Part shown: positions 19,317-28,269 of the stretch, piece after piece
Numbering within the stretch: position 1 is the stretch's first letter
Layout of the letters: each line of letters starts with the position of its first letter
Assembly (NCBI GenBank): GCA_900767875.1
Contig: CAAGAT010000074.1
Location: 34,270 to 98,269, forward strand
Origin: an uncultured Sutterella sp.
Lineage (GTDB): Bacteria > Pseudomonadota > Gammaproteobacteria > Burkholderiales > Burkholderiaceae_F
DNA: 64,000 nucleotides
Direction of reading: 5' to 3'
Program-made: the position numbers and the translations under genes
The notes under the pieces: generated by a model
Databases searched by the model: none
What the model saw: the letters and a program-made list of their open reading frames with translations, nothing else
Told to the model about the DNA's origin: nothing

Positions 19317-20608
19317 TTGTGTGCTCCCAAAACCGCAGGAGCGCTCATCAGCGGATGGCTGTCGGTGACTCCCTTGCCCCGGTCGATTTCAAGCCGCGCG
19401 GCAAACCAGCGCAGCAGCGCCGTCACCGGGCTTTCCATCAGAAAGCGCGCTTCCGGATAAATCCAGAAAATGCGGTCCAGACTGTCGTTGGGCTGGTAGG
19501 GCGTATCGGCGATGCCGTCGCCGTCGGCGTCCCAGCTCATGAAGGTGCTCCAGTAGTTGCCGCGCCCGTTTTCGCTCCACTCCAAGGGCGTCTTGCCCAC
19601 ATAGCGCACCTGAATCGTGTTTCGGTCAAAGGCGTTGCCCGTGACCACGGTTTTTTCGCCCCCGAGCGCCACGCCGATGCCGATGTCGGCGCCCGTAAAG
19701 GCGTTGCCCTCGACGCGGCTCGCGCCCGGGCCGTAAATGAAGAGTCCCTTGCCTTCGGTATCGAGAACCGCCTTTCCCTTGGGGTTGTGCACGCCCTCGA
19801 CCAAATTGGACTTGACGGTGCAGGCCTCGCAGACGTTGAGCAGGATGCCGAATTCGACGCTGTCACGGGCGGTGTTGTCGCGGCACAAAATCCGGCGGCT
19901 GCTCATCAGGGCAAAGCCGCCCACGGAATTGACCGTCGTATTGTCGTATCCGACGTCGTCGCGCGTGTACATCCAGTGAATGCCGTACTGGGTGTTGTCA
20001 AAAAAGTTGCCGCGCGACTCGGTGCCGTCCGTGTTTTCAAAGTAAAAGCCGTCGCGCACGTTGCGCACGGTGTTGTCGATGAGTTGCGAGCGCTTGACGT
20101 AGTTCAAAAAGACGCCATCGCCGCGATCGAGGATGTGCCGCCGTGCGTTGCCTTCGATCCGGCAGTCGCGCACGACGAGGTTTTCGAGACGGTCGGCCCG
20201 GATGCCAAAGCCCGGCCCGGATAAAGTGAGGGTCGTCAGGCGCACCCCCTCACAGCCGTCCATCACGCGCACGCCGCTGTCGCGCTTATACAGGTTGCCG
20301 CCGTAGTTGCGCACCGTCAGGTTTTCAATCGTGGTGCGCGAGCGTCGGATCGTGATGCCGCTGCCCCGGCCGCCCGCGTCAATGACCGCGCCGTCTTCGC
20401 CGCGCACGGTCAGGGGCTCTTTGAGAAGCAGATTGAGTTTGTAGACGCCCTTGGCAAAGACGATCGTATCGCCCTCCTCGACTTCGTCGAGAATAGCCTT
20501 GACGTCATCGGAGGGCGTCACGCGCCAAACCGCGGCCTGCGCACCGAGCGCAAAGACCGACAGAGTCAGCGCCAAGGCCGTTGGCCCAAATAAACGAAAG
20601 GGCTTCAC
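19313..20608 (-). CDS. NosD-like periplasmic copper-binding parallel beta-helix protein
   Basis: 431 aa with a signal peptide; repeated right-handed beta-helix units (NTVRNVRDGFYFEN, GNAFTGADIGIGV, GNAFDRNTIQVRY). Confidence 0.8.
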   Translation of the reverse strand: MKPFRLFGPTALALTLSVFALGAQAAVWRVTPSDDVKAILDEVEEGDTIVFAKGVYKLNLLLKEPLTVRGEDGAVIDAGGRGSGITIRRSRTTIENLTVRNYGGNLYKRDSGVRVMDGCEGVRLTTLTLSGPGFGIRADRLENLVVRDCRIEGNARRHILDRGDGVFLNYVKRSQLIDNTVRNVRDGFYFENTDGTESRGNFFDNTQYGIHWMYTRDDVGYDNTTVNSVGGFALMSSRRILCRDNTARDSVEFGILLNVCEACTVKSNLVEGVHNPKGKAVLDTEGKGLFIYGPGASRVEGNAFTGADIGIGVALGGEKTVVTGNAFDRNTIQVRYVGKTPLEWSENGRGNYWSTFMSWDADGDGIADTPYQPNDSLDRIFWIYPEARFLMESPVTALLRWFAARLEIDRGKGVTDSHPLMSAPAVLGAHK

Positions 20609-20621
20609 GATCGGGCGTCCT

Positions 20622-21113
20622 TTAGCGGTCGAGCAACTCGAGCGTCACGTCCTTGTAGGCGTAAAGCTTGCCGCCGTGCTTGGCCATGAAGGCCTGCGCC
20701 TTGTCTTGCGAGGAAAAGGCGGCCGGTTCGTTGCCCATGACGCCTTCGACGTCGTGCCCGTAGACAAACCAAGCCTTGGTCGCGTCGATGAGCGCCTGAT
20801 CCGAGGGGCTGTCCCAGTCGGTCGCGCCCATGTCGTGAATGAAAAAGCCGAGCAGACGACGCGCGTTTTCCGGCTGCAGGGCAAAGGTAAAGGCGTCGCG
20901 CCCCGAGCAGAACTTCACGGTCTCGTCTTCGGCGCCCTTGATGAAGACTTCGGCCTTGGGGCCGGGATAGTGGGCGATCACCATGCCGCACATGTGGCAG
21001 CGGTCGTGCGCCTCAAAGGCGACGGGCTTGACCGTTTCGGCGGCCTTGTCCGAGCAACCCGCCAAAAGAGCGCACAAGGCGGCGGCCATCAAAAATCGGG
21101 GAGCGGTCGGCAT
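20622..21113 (-). CDS. NosL-like copper chaperone lipoprotein
   Basis: Lipobox LAGCSDK, conserved HDRCHMCGMVI metal-binding segment, 163 aa. Confidence 0.8.
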   Translation of the reverse strand: MPTAPRFLMAAALCALLAGCSDKAAETVKPVAFEAHDRCHMCGMVIAHYPGPKAEVFIKGAEDETVKFCSGRDAFTFALQPENARRLLGFFIHDMGATDWDSPSDQALIDATKAWFVYGHDVEGVMGNEPAAFSSQDKAQAFMAKHGGKLYAYKDVTLELLDR

Positions 21114-21219
21114 CCGTTGTTTCCTTTGGGCGAGCTTGGCCCGGAAAAGTCACGAGAGACAACCGTCCAAGACGCCCCGCGGCGCCTCAACGGTTGGCTT
21201 TCAAAGCTTTAATTATGAC

Positions 21220-21303
21220 GATGCCGCCGGTGAAGGCGGCATCGGTCGGGCGGAAACTTGCGGTTTCCGTTTCAGACCCGAGCCCGGCTTGCGCCGGTCT
21301 CGG
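21220..21303 (-). other. three consecutive perfect or near-perfect stem-loops in the 211-bp gap between the NrfD-like gene and the NosL-like gene
   Basis: GATGCCGCC-GGTGAA-GGCGGCATC; CGGAAAC-TTGC-GGTTTCCG; CCGAGCCCGGC-TTGC-GCCGGTCTCGG. None has a strong U-tract. Confidence 0.45.
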
Positions 21304-21324
21304 AGGTCTGAGAGCATCCTCGGA

Positions 21325-22245
21325 TCAGAGCCCGTAGGTCTGACCGGCGTAGAGGATAAACAAGCGCAGGCACATCATGCCGACGACACTGCAAAGCCCC
21401 GTCAGGTAGAACACGCCCGTGCCCTTGGCCTTGCTCAGCAGGACCGGAACGATGAAGCCGATGGCGACGACGCCGACCCAGAAGAGCGTGGCCCACGTGC
21501 CCGTGCAGAAGGCCTGAGCGGCATTCTGAGCGGCGGCGTTGCCGGTGATCAGCGCAACGGCGATCATGAAGATGCACAGGGCTTCGGCGGCCATGATCGG
21601 CCACTCGGCGCCGTGCAGAATCTTCTGGTCGGGGCTGTGCTGGTCCTCACCGAACAAACCGGCGGCAACCATCTTGGCGGCGGCGGTACCGGCCGAAAGA
21701 CCGGAGGCCACGAAGAGGGCCGGCAGCACGGCCTGGTTGATCAGCGGGAAGCGGATCAGTGCACTGATCAGGAAGCCCGTGTAGGCGCAGATGGTCAGAG
21801 CAAAGACAAGCGTGATCCACTGAAGGCCGCAGCGGTGGTTGTCGAACCAGCCGATGATGCCGTCAAGGAACCCCAGCTTGAAGCTGTCGCGCAGTGCAAC
21901 CAGCGTGAGGATGCACACCAGCGGGATGTAGCACAGCAGCGCCATGACGCCCAGGCTCATCACGGAGGTGGGGTTGTAGAACACCAGAATGCGCCAGAAC
22001 CACAGCGGGTTGGTCAGGTCGAGGACCAGGCAAACCATGCCGAGCAGAATGGTCACGGACCCGATGAGGGACGCGGCCTTGAGGATCGGCGTGTTCTGGG
22101 CGGTCTGCTTCTTATACAGGTTGAGCACGATGGCAACGGCAACCGCACCGCCCGAGATACCCGCCAGGAACAGGTAGACGGCAATCGGCCACGGCCAACT
22201 GATGCCCTGCGTCAGACCAAGTGTAAAGTTCATGGTGATTTCCAT
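21325..22245 (-). CDS. NrfD/PsrC-family membrane quinol dehydrogenase subunit
   Basis: 306 aa, about 8 TM helices, NrfD/polysulfide reductase family; start 3 nt after the NrfC-like stop. Confidence 0.8.
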   Translation of the reverse strand: MEITMNFTLGLTQGISWPWPIAVYLFLAGISGGAVAVAIVLNLYKKQTAQNTPILKAASLIGSVTILLGMVCLVLDLTNPLWFWRILVFYNPTSVMSLGVMALLCYIPLVCILTLVALRDSFKLGFLDGIIGWFDNHRCGLQWITLVFALTICAYTGFLISALIRFPLINQAVLPALFVASGLSAGTAAAKMVAAGLFGEDQHSPDQKILHGAEWPIMAAEALCIFMIAVALITGNAAAQNAAQAFCTGTWATLFWVGVVAIGFIVPVLLSKAKGTGVFYLTGLCSVVGMMCLRLFILYAGQTYGL

Positions 22246-22247
22246 CT

Positions 22248-22946
22248 TTACACTCCTTTCTTCACAATCGGAATGTAGCGAAGCTGCGGTTCAGTACCGA
22301 GTTCCGGGCGGATACGCACGGAATCCTTCACCGCGAGCAGCTTGCTCACATACGACTTCGGGTCGTTGATGTCGCCGAAAATCAGCGCATCGTACTTGCA
22401 GCTTTCAACGCATGCCGGCGTCTCGTTCTTTTCGAGGCGCGTGTGCAGGCAGAAGTCGCAATTGTCAGCGGCCTTGGTCTCTTCGTTGATGAAGCGCACG
22501 TTGTAGGGACATGCCACGATGCAGTACTTGCAGCCGACACACTTGGACGTATCCATCGTCACGATGCCCGTCTTGGGATCGTGATGAGCGGCGCCGGTCG
22601 GGCACACCTTTGTGCAGGGGGAATTCTTGCACTGCTGGCAAGAAACGCGGATGTAACGGCGATCGGGCTCGTAACCGCGGTCGGTTTTGAGCTCGCTGCC
22701 CTGCAGCTCCAGCAACAGACGCGAGCGGCCCTTGGGCAGCTTGTTGGTCTCGTTACAGGCATCTCTGCAGTCTCTGCAACCGACGCACTTGTTCTGGTCA
22801 AAGACCATCACATAGTGCGGGCGGCTGCCGCCGTCGGACGTGGCCGCAGCCGCCGCCCCGGCAAGAGGCGACAGAAGCAGCGAGCCGGCTCCGGCACCTG
22901 CGAGGAATTTTCTCCTGTCAATCTTATCGCTCACGATATTCTCCAC
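22248..22946 (-). CDS. NrfC/PsrB-like 4Fe-4S ferredoxin subunit with Tat signal
   Basis: RRKFLAGAGAGSLL twin-arginine signal; four Cys clusters (CVGCRDCRDAC, CQQCKNSPCTKVCP, CVGCKYCIVACP, CDFCLHT..C). Confidence 0.85.
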   Translation of the reverse strand: MENIVSDKIDRRKFLAGAGAGSLLLSPLAGAAAAATSDGGSRPHYVMVFDQNKCVGCRDCRDACNETNKLPKGRSRLLLELQGSELKTDRGYEPDRRYIRVSCQQCKNSPCTKVCPTGAAHHDPKTGIVTMDTSKCVGCKYCIVACPYNVRFINEETKAADNCDFCLHTRLEKNETPACVESCKYDALIFGDINDPKSYVSKLLAVKDSVRIRPELGTEPQLRYIPIVKKGV

Positions 22947-22984
22947 AGACAGAACCGATTGGCATGGCCAAACGTTTCTGCCGA

Positions 22985-23629
22985 TTAGTCTTGCAACCGA
23001 GCCCTTGACTCGGCGTTGGCGATGGCATTTCTGAGGGCTCTTTGCTGCTCGGGGGCGACCCCGGCATCGAGAAGCATCTTCCAGTGACGCACGGCTTCGT
23101 CGTAGCGCTGGTGCAGGAACGCATCCTCTCCGAGGAGCATCCGCGTCTGCACGTCAAGCGGATTGGCCGACAAAACGCGTTCGATCACACGGCGGGTTTC
23201 GTCCGTCAGGTTCCGGGCGTCGCGATAGTACATCGCACGCGCCAGCCTTCCGAGCGTCTCGGCCCGCGCACCGTCCAGCATCAAAAGCGCGTTGAAGACT
23301 TCAACGGCTTCGTCGTACTGACCGGCCTCGTAGAGGGCCTCGGCAAGCTGCGAATGCGCCTGGGCGTTGCGGGGCATGTTTTTGACCATGCGCCGCGCCT
23401 CGGCGATCTTCGCCGCGAGCATGTAGTTGGTTTCCGCTCCCGTCCGGGCGCTCTGCCAGTCCGCGTACCGGCCAAAGCCGGCGTAGACGGCCACGCTCGA
23501 GACGAGCACGACAAACGCAAATCCCGCCGTCAGCGATTTGGTGCGATTCGAGCCCCGGCGGGCGTACACCGCCAGTGCCGCCGCAAAGGCCGCAAGAGCC
23601 AGTGCGATCAAACCGTCCAAACCGTTCAC
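22985..23629 (-). CDS. membrane-anchored TPR protein, CcmI/NrfG-like cytochrome c maturation factor
   Basis: N-terminal TM segment followed by TPR repeats (AEALYEAGQYDEAVEVFNALL ...). Confidence 0.65.
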   Translation of the reverse strand: MNGLDGLIALALAAFAAALAVYARRGSNRTKSLTAGFAFVVLVSSVAVYAGFGRYADWQSARTGAETNYMLAAKIAEARRMVKNMPRNAQAHSQLAEALYEAGQYDEAVEVFNALLMLDGARAETLGRLARAMYYRDARNLTDETRRVIERVLSANPLDVQTRMLLGEDAFLHQRYDEAVRHWKMLLDAGVAPEQQRALRNAIANAESRARLQD

Positions 23630-23686
23630 GTCAATGCCTTCACTTTGTTAAAGAGCTTGTCTTGGAAAGCCTTCACCGCCCGACCA

Positions 23687-24472
23687 TTACTGGTGCGGGT
23701 TGGGCATCCCGTTGATCACGGTCTTGCCCATGCCTTGATGGGCTCCGACTTTTTCAACCTTGACCAGTTCCAGTTCAAAGACCAGAGGAGATTCCGGGGG
23801 GATCTGACCGGCGCCAAACTCACCGTAGGCCAGGTTCGCGGGAACCGTGAAACGGAACTGCGCGCCTTCCTTCATGAGCTTGAGGCCTTCTTCCAGACCC
23901 GGGATGATGCTCATCACCACGAAACGAGCCGGTTGTTTGGCTTCGTACGTGCTTTCAAACACCGTGCCGTCCATGAGCTTGCCCGTATAGTTGACCGTCA
24001 CCACGTCCTCGGTACGGGGCGTTGCGCCGGAACCCTTTCTGAGCACTTCATACTGCAGACCGCTCTTGGTCGTCGTCACGCCCTTTTTCTTGGCGTTGTC
24101 GGCGAGGAACTTGACGGCCTTGGCCTTGTTTTCCTTGGCCAGCTTCTCGGTGGCGGCCGCTTCGAGCTTGTTGAGCTTTTCAGCGCGGCTGTTGAGGAAC
24201 TTGAGCAGGTCATCTTCGGAAATCTTGCTCTTTCCGCGGATGGCATCGATAAAGCCCTGTTCCACGAGCGCCATGTCGGCCGACAAGCCGAGCTTGCTCT
24301 GCTTGTAGATCTGATCAGAGATGTAGTTACCGACGGATGCCCCCATGCTGTAGGCTTCTTTCGCCTGCTGGGTGTCAAGGTCGCCTGCGAAGGCAACGGT
24401 ACCGGCACACATCAGAGCAGAGGCCGTCAGCACGATTTTCTTGAGGGATTGCATGGTGGTTTCTTTCTTCAA
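23687..24472 (-). CDS. periplasmic FKBP-type peptidyl-prolyl cis-trans isomerase (FkpA-like)
   Basis: Signal peptide; N-terminal dimerization helix and C-terminal FKBP domain (VVTVNYTGKLMDGTVFEST..FVV..IPGLEEGLKLMKEGA..LAYGE). Confidence 0.85.
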   Translation of the reverse strand: MKKETTMQSLKKIVLTASALMCAGTVAFAGDLDTQQAKEAYSMGASVGNYISDQIYKQSKLGLSADMALVEQGFIDAIRGKSKISEDDLLKFLNSRAEKLNKLEAAATEKLAKENKAKAVKFLADNAKKKGVTTTKSGLQYEVLRKGSGATPRTEDVVTVNYTGKLMDGTVFESTYEAKQPARFVVMSIIPGLEEGLKLMKEGAQFRFTVPANLAYGEFGAGQIPPESPLVFELELVKVEKVGAHQGMGKTVINGMPNPHQ

Positions 24473-24541
24473 AAATACAGTTGACTCACGGAAGGTGAGA
24501 TCACATTCCGCATAAAACTTGCTTTTCGCCTTCGCGCGGCC

Positions 24542-24967
24542 TTACGGACGCTCGAACTGCCGCCCCGACAATTTCCAGCCGTAGATTCCGTCGGGCATCT
24601 GCCACACGTTCGTGTAGCCGAGCTTCATGGTCTCATAGGCCGCGATTTCGCTGGAGCTGCAAAGGCGGTTGGCGCAGTAAAACACAATCAGCGCGTTTTT
24701 ATCCTTGGGCAGGAGCTTTTGCCAGTTGCCGACGTTGAAAAACTCGGCGCCCGGAATGTAGCCCTCGGCCCAGAGTTCGAGCGTGTTGACATCGTAGATG
24801 TGCACGCCGGGCTCGGTAAAAAGCTGCTCGGCTTCCGGAATGGAAACCTGACGGACTTTGTAGACGTAGTCTTCCGCCGCCGTCAAAGGAGCATCCCCGC
24901 CGGCAAAGCCGATCACAGGGAGCGCCAAAAGCGCACTGGCCGCAAGATTTTGCAGAAGTTTTTTCAT
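24542..24967 (-). CDS. periplasmic single-domain rhodanese-like sulfurtransferase
   Basis: Signal peptide; rhodanese fold with candidate active-site Cys in VFYCANRLCSS. Confidence 0.7.
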   Translation of the reverse strand: MKKLLQNLAASALLALPVIGFAGGDAPLTAAEDYVYKVRQVSIPEAEQLFTEPGVHIYDVNTLELWAEGYIPGAEFFNVGNWQKLLPKDKNALIVFYCANRLCSSSEIAAYETMKLGYTNVWQMPDGIYGWKLSGRQFERP

Positions 24968-25077
24968 TTTGTGTTTCGATGAGCCGTCTCTTATCCGGTC
25001 CTCGGCCCGAAAGCCGGCGCCCTTGGAGCACCGCCTTCGGCCGAGACTAGGAGATCGAGGTTTGCGAGTCGCTTGGA

Positions 25078-27129
25078 TTACTTCTTGGCTTCAGTCTTGA
25101 TGAGCGGGAAGTTGCCGTTATCAAGAATCTTCTGAGCCTGCGTCAGATAGGCATTGGCCGTATCAACGCGCTGCTTGAGGTAATCGGGAGCGTGAACACC
25201 CCAGGAACCGTCTTCTTCAACCTGCTTGATGATGTCGGCAGCCTTGTCGACGAGCAGCATGATTTCGGTCTTGGCTTCAACGGTGAGCTTCGTGACTTCA
25301 AGAAGCTTGTTGATGCGCTGCAGGGTGGCCTTGGCAACCTTGTGACCGTCCTTAACCGGGTTCTGCCACTTCATGACTTCACCGTAGATGGTCTTCTGGT
25401 CACCGTACTGCAGGCCCTTTTCGAGCTCGGACAGGAACAGGCTGTGGCAGCCCTTGTTGTCCATCACACCCTTTTCGGCGTTGGCCGTACGGGCGCAGGA
25501 CCACATCAGGTCAACGTAGCCGTGGCCTTCTTCGTCACGGGCAACGTGCCAGCCCTTGGAGTTGGAAGCACGAGACTGACCTTCGGCCGGGTTCATCATC
25601 TTCTTTTCCGGATCAACCATGATCTTGAAGAGGTGAGAACGACGAACGGCGTCGAAGCCCGCCATGTCGGGACGCTGGATGGCCGTGAAGTTTTCGCAGC
25701 TCATCGTGAACGGCATATGGCAGTCCACGCAGTCCATCTTCTGGTGGGTGTTGGTGTTGGCAACCACATCAGCCTGGGTCTTATGGCAATCCTGGCAGGT
25801 CTTGCGGATCGCGGGCTTGGTGTAATAGGACTTCCAATCGTTGCTGGTGACTTCGTGCGGATCGTGGCAGGTCACGCAGCGCATGCCCTTTTCATAGTGC
25901 TTGGACATCATCAGCTGAGAGCCTTCCGTACCGCAGGACGGGCAGGACGACTTCGTCTTGATGTTGAAACCCTTTTCAAGCTTGCCGTGAGCGGACGGAA
26001 GCTTGTAGTCGCTTTCCACGAAGTTGGAGCGCTGGTGGCAGCGTTCGCAGTTGGACTGGAAGCCGTTGGATTCGGCGCCCACGAGGTGGCCGCCGGCGCC
26101 GTGGCATTCTTCACAAGAGATGCCGCGCGAAACGGTGTGCTTCTGCAGTTCTTCGGCGTTGCCCAGAGCCTTGAAGAATTCGTCCTTGCTCTTAAAGTCG
26201 AACTTGAAGGCGTGGCAGACTTCGCAGTAGGAAGTCGCGGACTGGAACAGCAGCTTCTGTTCAAAGGTCGAACCGTAGGAGGTCATACCCCACTGGTGCG
26301 AAGCGGACGGACCGAACTGGCTGAGCTGGGTCGGGAAGTCCGGAATCACCTTCTGGATTTCCTTGGCCTTTTCGGGGGTCAGCCACTGAGCCCAACCGCG
26401 GGAGAACTGATTGCCGCCGGCAACCACGGTACCCGTACCCTTGCTCAGCAGGCCATCACGCACGTGGTAGGCACCGCGCACGAGCCACTTGTCGACGAAG
26501 CCGTACTTCGTGCGGGGCGTACCGATCGTGGCGTAAATGTCTTCGGGCATGATGCCGTCGGGCAGGATCGACGCCTGAGAGCCGTAAAGCTTCTTCTTCA
26601 GATCGTTGTCCACTTCGGGATGGTCGCCGGGGAAGCGAACCGTCTGAGCGTGACGGGAGCGCTTCCACTTCTGGTACTGGATCGCGTGGCATTCGCCGCA
26701 GCGTTCCGGACCGACGAAGCGGTTGGGGAAGTCAAGCACGGACTTGGCGGCCAGACGGTACTGCGAAGCGCTCGGGCGACCGCCCGCAAGCTTGGAGTAG
26801 GTCTGCGCGTTGCCTTCCGTCAGGAATTCCGAACCACGGGTCGAAATCTTATAGACGCCCTTGATGCGGCCTTCTTCCGCATACTTGAAAATGGGGTGAT
26901 TCTGGAAGAGCCAGTCCCACATTTCCTTTTCCTGGACGATGTAGTCCTGCAGCGTCTTGACGCCCATTTCCTTTTCGGTCGTCGACGGGTTATCCCAAAC
27001 CTTCTGCGTGACGGCGTTCACGGTCTTGTTGCCGACACCCGGGGTGGCAGCAGCCTGAGCACCGGAGGCAATCAGCGCAGCGGAGCAAAACAGCGTGGCA
27101 GTCGCCGTTTTGATCATTCTTGTTGTCAT
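25078..27129 (-). CDS. mccA: MccA/SirA-family octaheme c-type cytochrome (dissimilatory sulfite reductase type), 683 aa
   Basis: Start at [26 protein letters not shown] (signal peptide, GGAG RBS). Seven CxxCH motifs (CGECH, CEVCH, CEECH, CERCH, CVTCH, CQDCH, CVDCH). Eighth site is [18 protein letters not shown], i.e. CX12NKGCH = CX15CH at 25444-25497. Confidence 0.8.
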   Translation of the reverse strand: MTTRMIKTATATLFCSAALIASGAQAAATPGVGNKTVNAVTQKVWDNPSTTEKEMGVKTLQDYIVQEKEMWDWLFQNHPIFKYAEEGRIKGVYKISTRGSEFLTEGNAQTYSKLAGGRPSASQYRLAAKSVLDFPNRFVGPERCGECHAIQYQKWKRSRHAQTVRFPGDHPEVDNDLKKKLYGSQASILPDGIMPEDIYATIGTPRTKYGFVDKWLVRGAYHVRDGLLSKGTGTVVAGGNQFSRGWAQWLTPEKAKEIQKVIPDFPTQLSQFGPSASHQWGMTSYGSTFEQKLLFQSATSYCEVCHAFKFDFKSKDEFFKALGNAEELQKHTVSRGISCEECHGAGGHLVGAESNGFQSNCERCHQRSNFVESDYKLPSAHGKLEKGFNIKTKSSCPSCGTEGSQLMMSKHYEKGMRCVTCHDPHEVTSNDWKSYYTKPAIRKTCQDCHKTQADVVANTNTHQKMDCVDCHMPFTMSCENFTAIQRPDMAGFDAVRRSHLFKIMVDPEKKMMNPAEGQSRASNSKGWHVARDEEGHGYVDLMWSCARTANAEKGVMDNKGCHSLFLSELEKGLQYGDQKTIYGEVMKWQNPVKDGHKVAKATLQRINKLLEVTKLTVEAKTEIMLLVDKAADIIKQVEEDGSWGVHAPDYLKQRVDTANAYLTQAQKILDNGNFPLIKTEAKK

Positions 27130-27314
27130 CTCAAATCTCCTAATTATTTTTAGCCTGCGCCGTCGGGAAGGGCGTCGCAGACGCCGTGGGGTCTTCAAGA
27201 GACTCCGCGAGCAATGAAAGCGTAACTTAAGGTTGCCTTCAGGGAATTAGGAGTTTTATCGCAGTCCCTCACGAACTTTGATTAAAGTCGAATGCGGCGT
27301 TTTAAGGGGGTGAT

Positions 27315-27328
27315 TTGATACAGATCAA
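27315..27328. promoter_or_regulatory. FNR/ANR-type binding site upstream of the octaheme cytochrome gene
   Basis: TTGATACAGATCAA is a perfect match to TTGAT-N4-ATCAA, about 190 bp upstream of the mccA start codon. Confidence 0.55.
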
Positions 27329-27497
27329 AATAAAAAAGGCCGAAATCGCTCAAAATACCTCTTAATGGGTGTTTTTTTGATCGAATTCCGACCTTTTCGG
27401 GGCATTGCACCCCGTCCCTTGCGGGCTATCCCGATGTAATTCCCTCGGCGTACCAAACCCGATTGGGCGGCGCGGCGACTACGCCCTCTGAACTATA

Positions 27498-27881
27498 TCA
27501 AAGGTCTTTGCGTTTGATCTCTTCGACGACGACCGCATCCTCGATGACGGTCGTGCGTTTGATGCCGGTGCGGGCCTGTCCGGCCTTCAGATCGTCGTCG
27601 GTGCGCTCTTGGTTTTGCGGCTCGGCGGCCGCCTCACCCGCACGGTGGCGCAGCATCTCTTCGGCCTGCTTTTGCATGCGCGCAAACGGATCGCCGTAAC
27701 GCCAGCGGCTGTACAGGCCGTAAAGGGCCACGCAGCCCACGAAGATCAGCGCGGCCAAAAACAAGCCCCCGATGATCGGCAGCAGCAAAATCGCCAGCCC
27801 CACCAAACCGGCCAGCACGACGGCCGAGGCCAGGAAAGCGACGACGGGATTGACGGGACGGCCGTTGATGTAAAGAGCCAT
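27498..27881 (-). CDS. small hypothetical membrane protein (2 predicted TM helices)
   Basis: 127-aa ORF with a hydrophobic N-terminal half and a charged C-terminal half; no family recognised. Confidence 0.4.
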   Translation of the reverse strand: MALYINGRPVNPVVAFLASAVVLAGLVGLAILLLPIIGGLFLAALIFVGCVALYGLYSRWRYGDPFARMQKQAEEMLRHRAGEAAAEPQNQERTDDDLKAGQARTGIKRTTVIEDAVVVEEIKRKDL

Positions 27882-28269
27882 GCTCTCAGTTCCTTATAAA
27901 GTCGAGGAAGTTGCAGTCAGTGTACCTGTCGATTGCGTTTGTTTGATCGGGGACTTGGCAACCGTTTGTTTCGTTCTTTCTCCCATATGGAGTCTGTGGG
28001 TGCGTTTTTCCAGCCCCGGAGCTGTAAAAGTCCAAAAAATCAGCCCGCACGAGGCTTTTTAAGCTTTCCCAAATCACAAATCCTTTATCATTCGCTTCTC
28101 AACGAACTTTTGCGATCCCGCCCCCCTTTTTCAGGGTTTGCCATAGCCGGCTGACGCCGCCTCGGCTGAAGGGTCCGCCGACGTTTTTTTGCGGATCCGC
28201 GGCTTGTGCGCCCCTCTTGATGTTTGAGAGAGCCGCACCGCGGCGATTGCTTACAGACAAGAAATTGAT

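Noticed and set aside
25192-27153. 653-aa plus-strand ORF opposite the octaheme cytochrome gene
   Set aside because: Antisense to the gene carrying seven CxxCH plus CX15CH; composition typical of GC-rich reverse frames.
25078-27198. Longer 706-aa form of the cytochrome starting [16 protein letters not shown]
   Set aside because: The Arg-rich leader has no RBS. The internal ATG (top at 27129) is preceded by GGAG and begins a canonical signal peptide.
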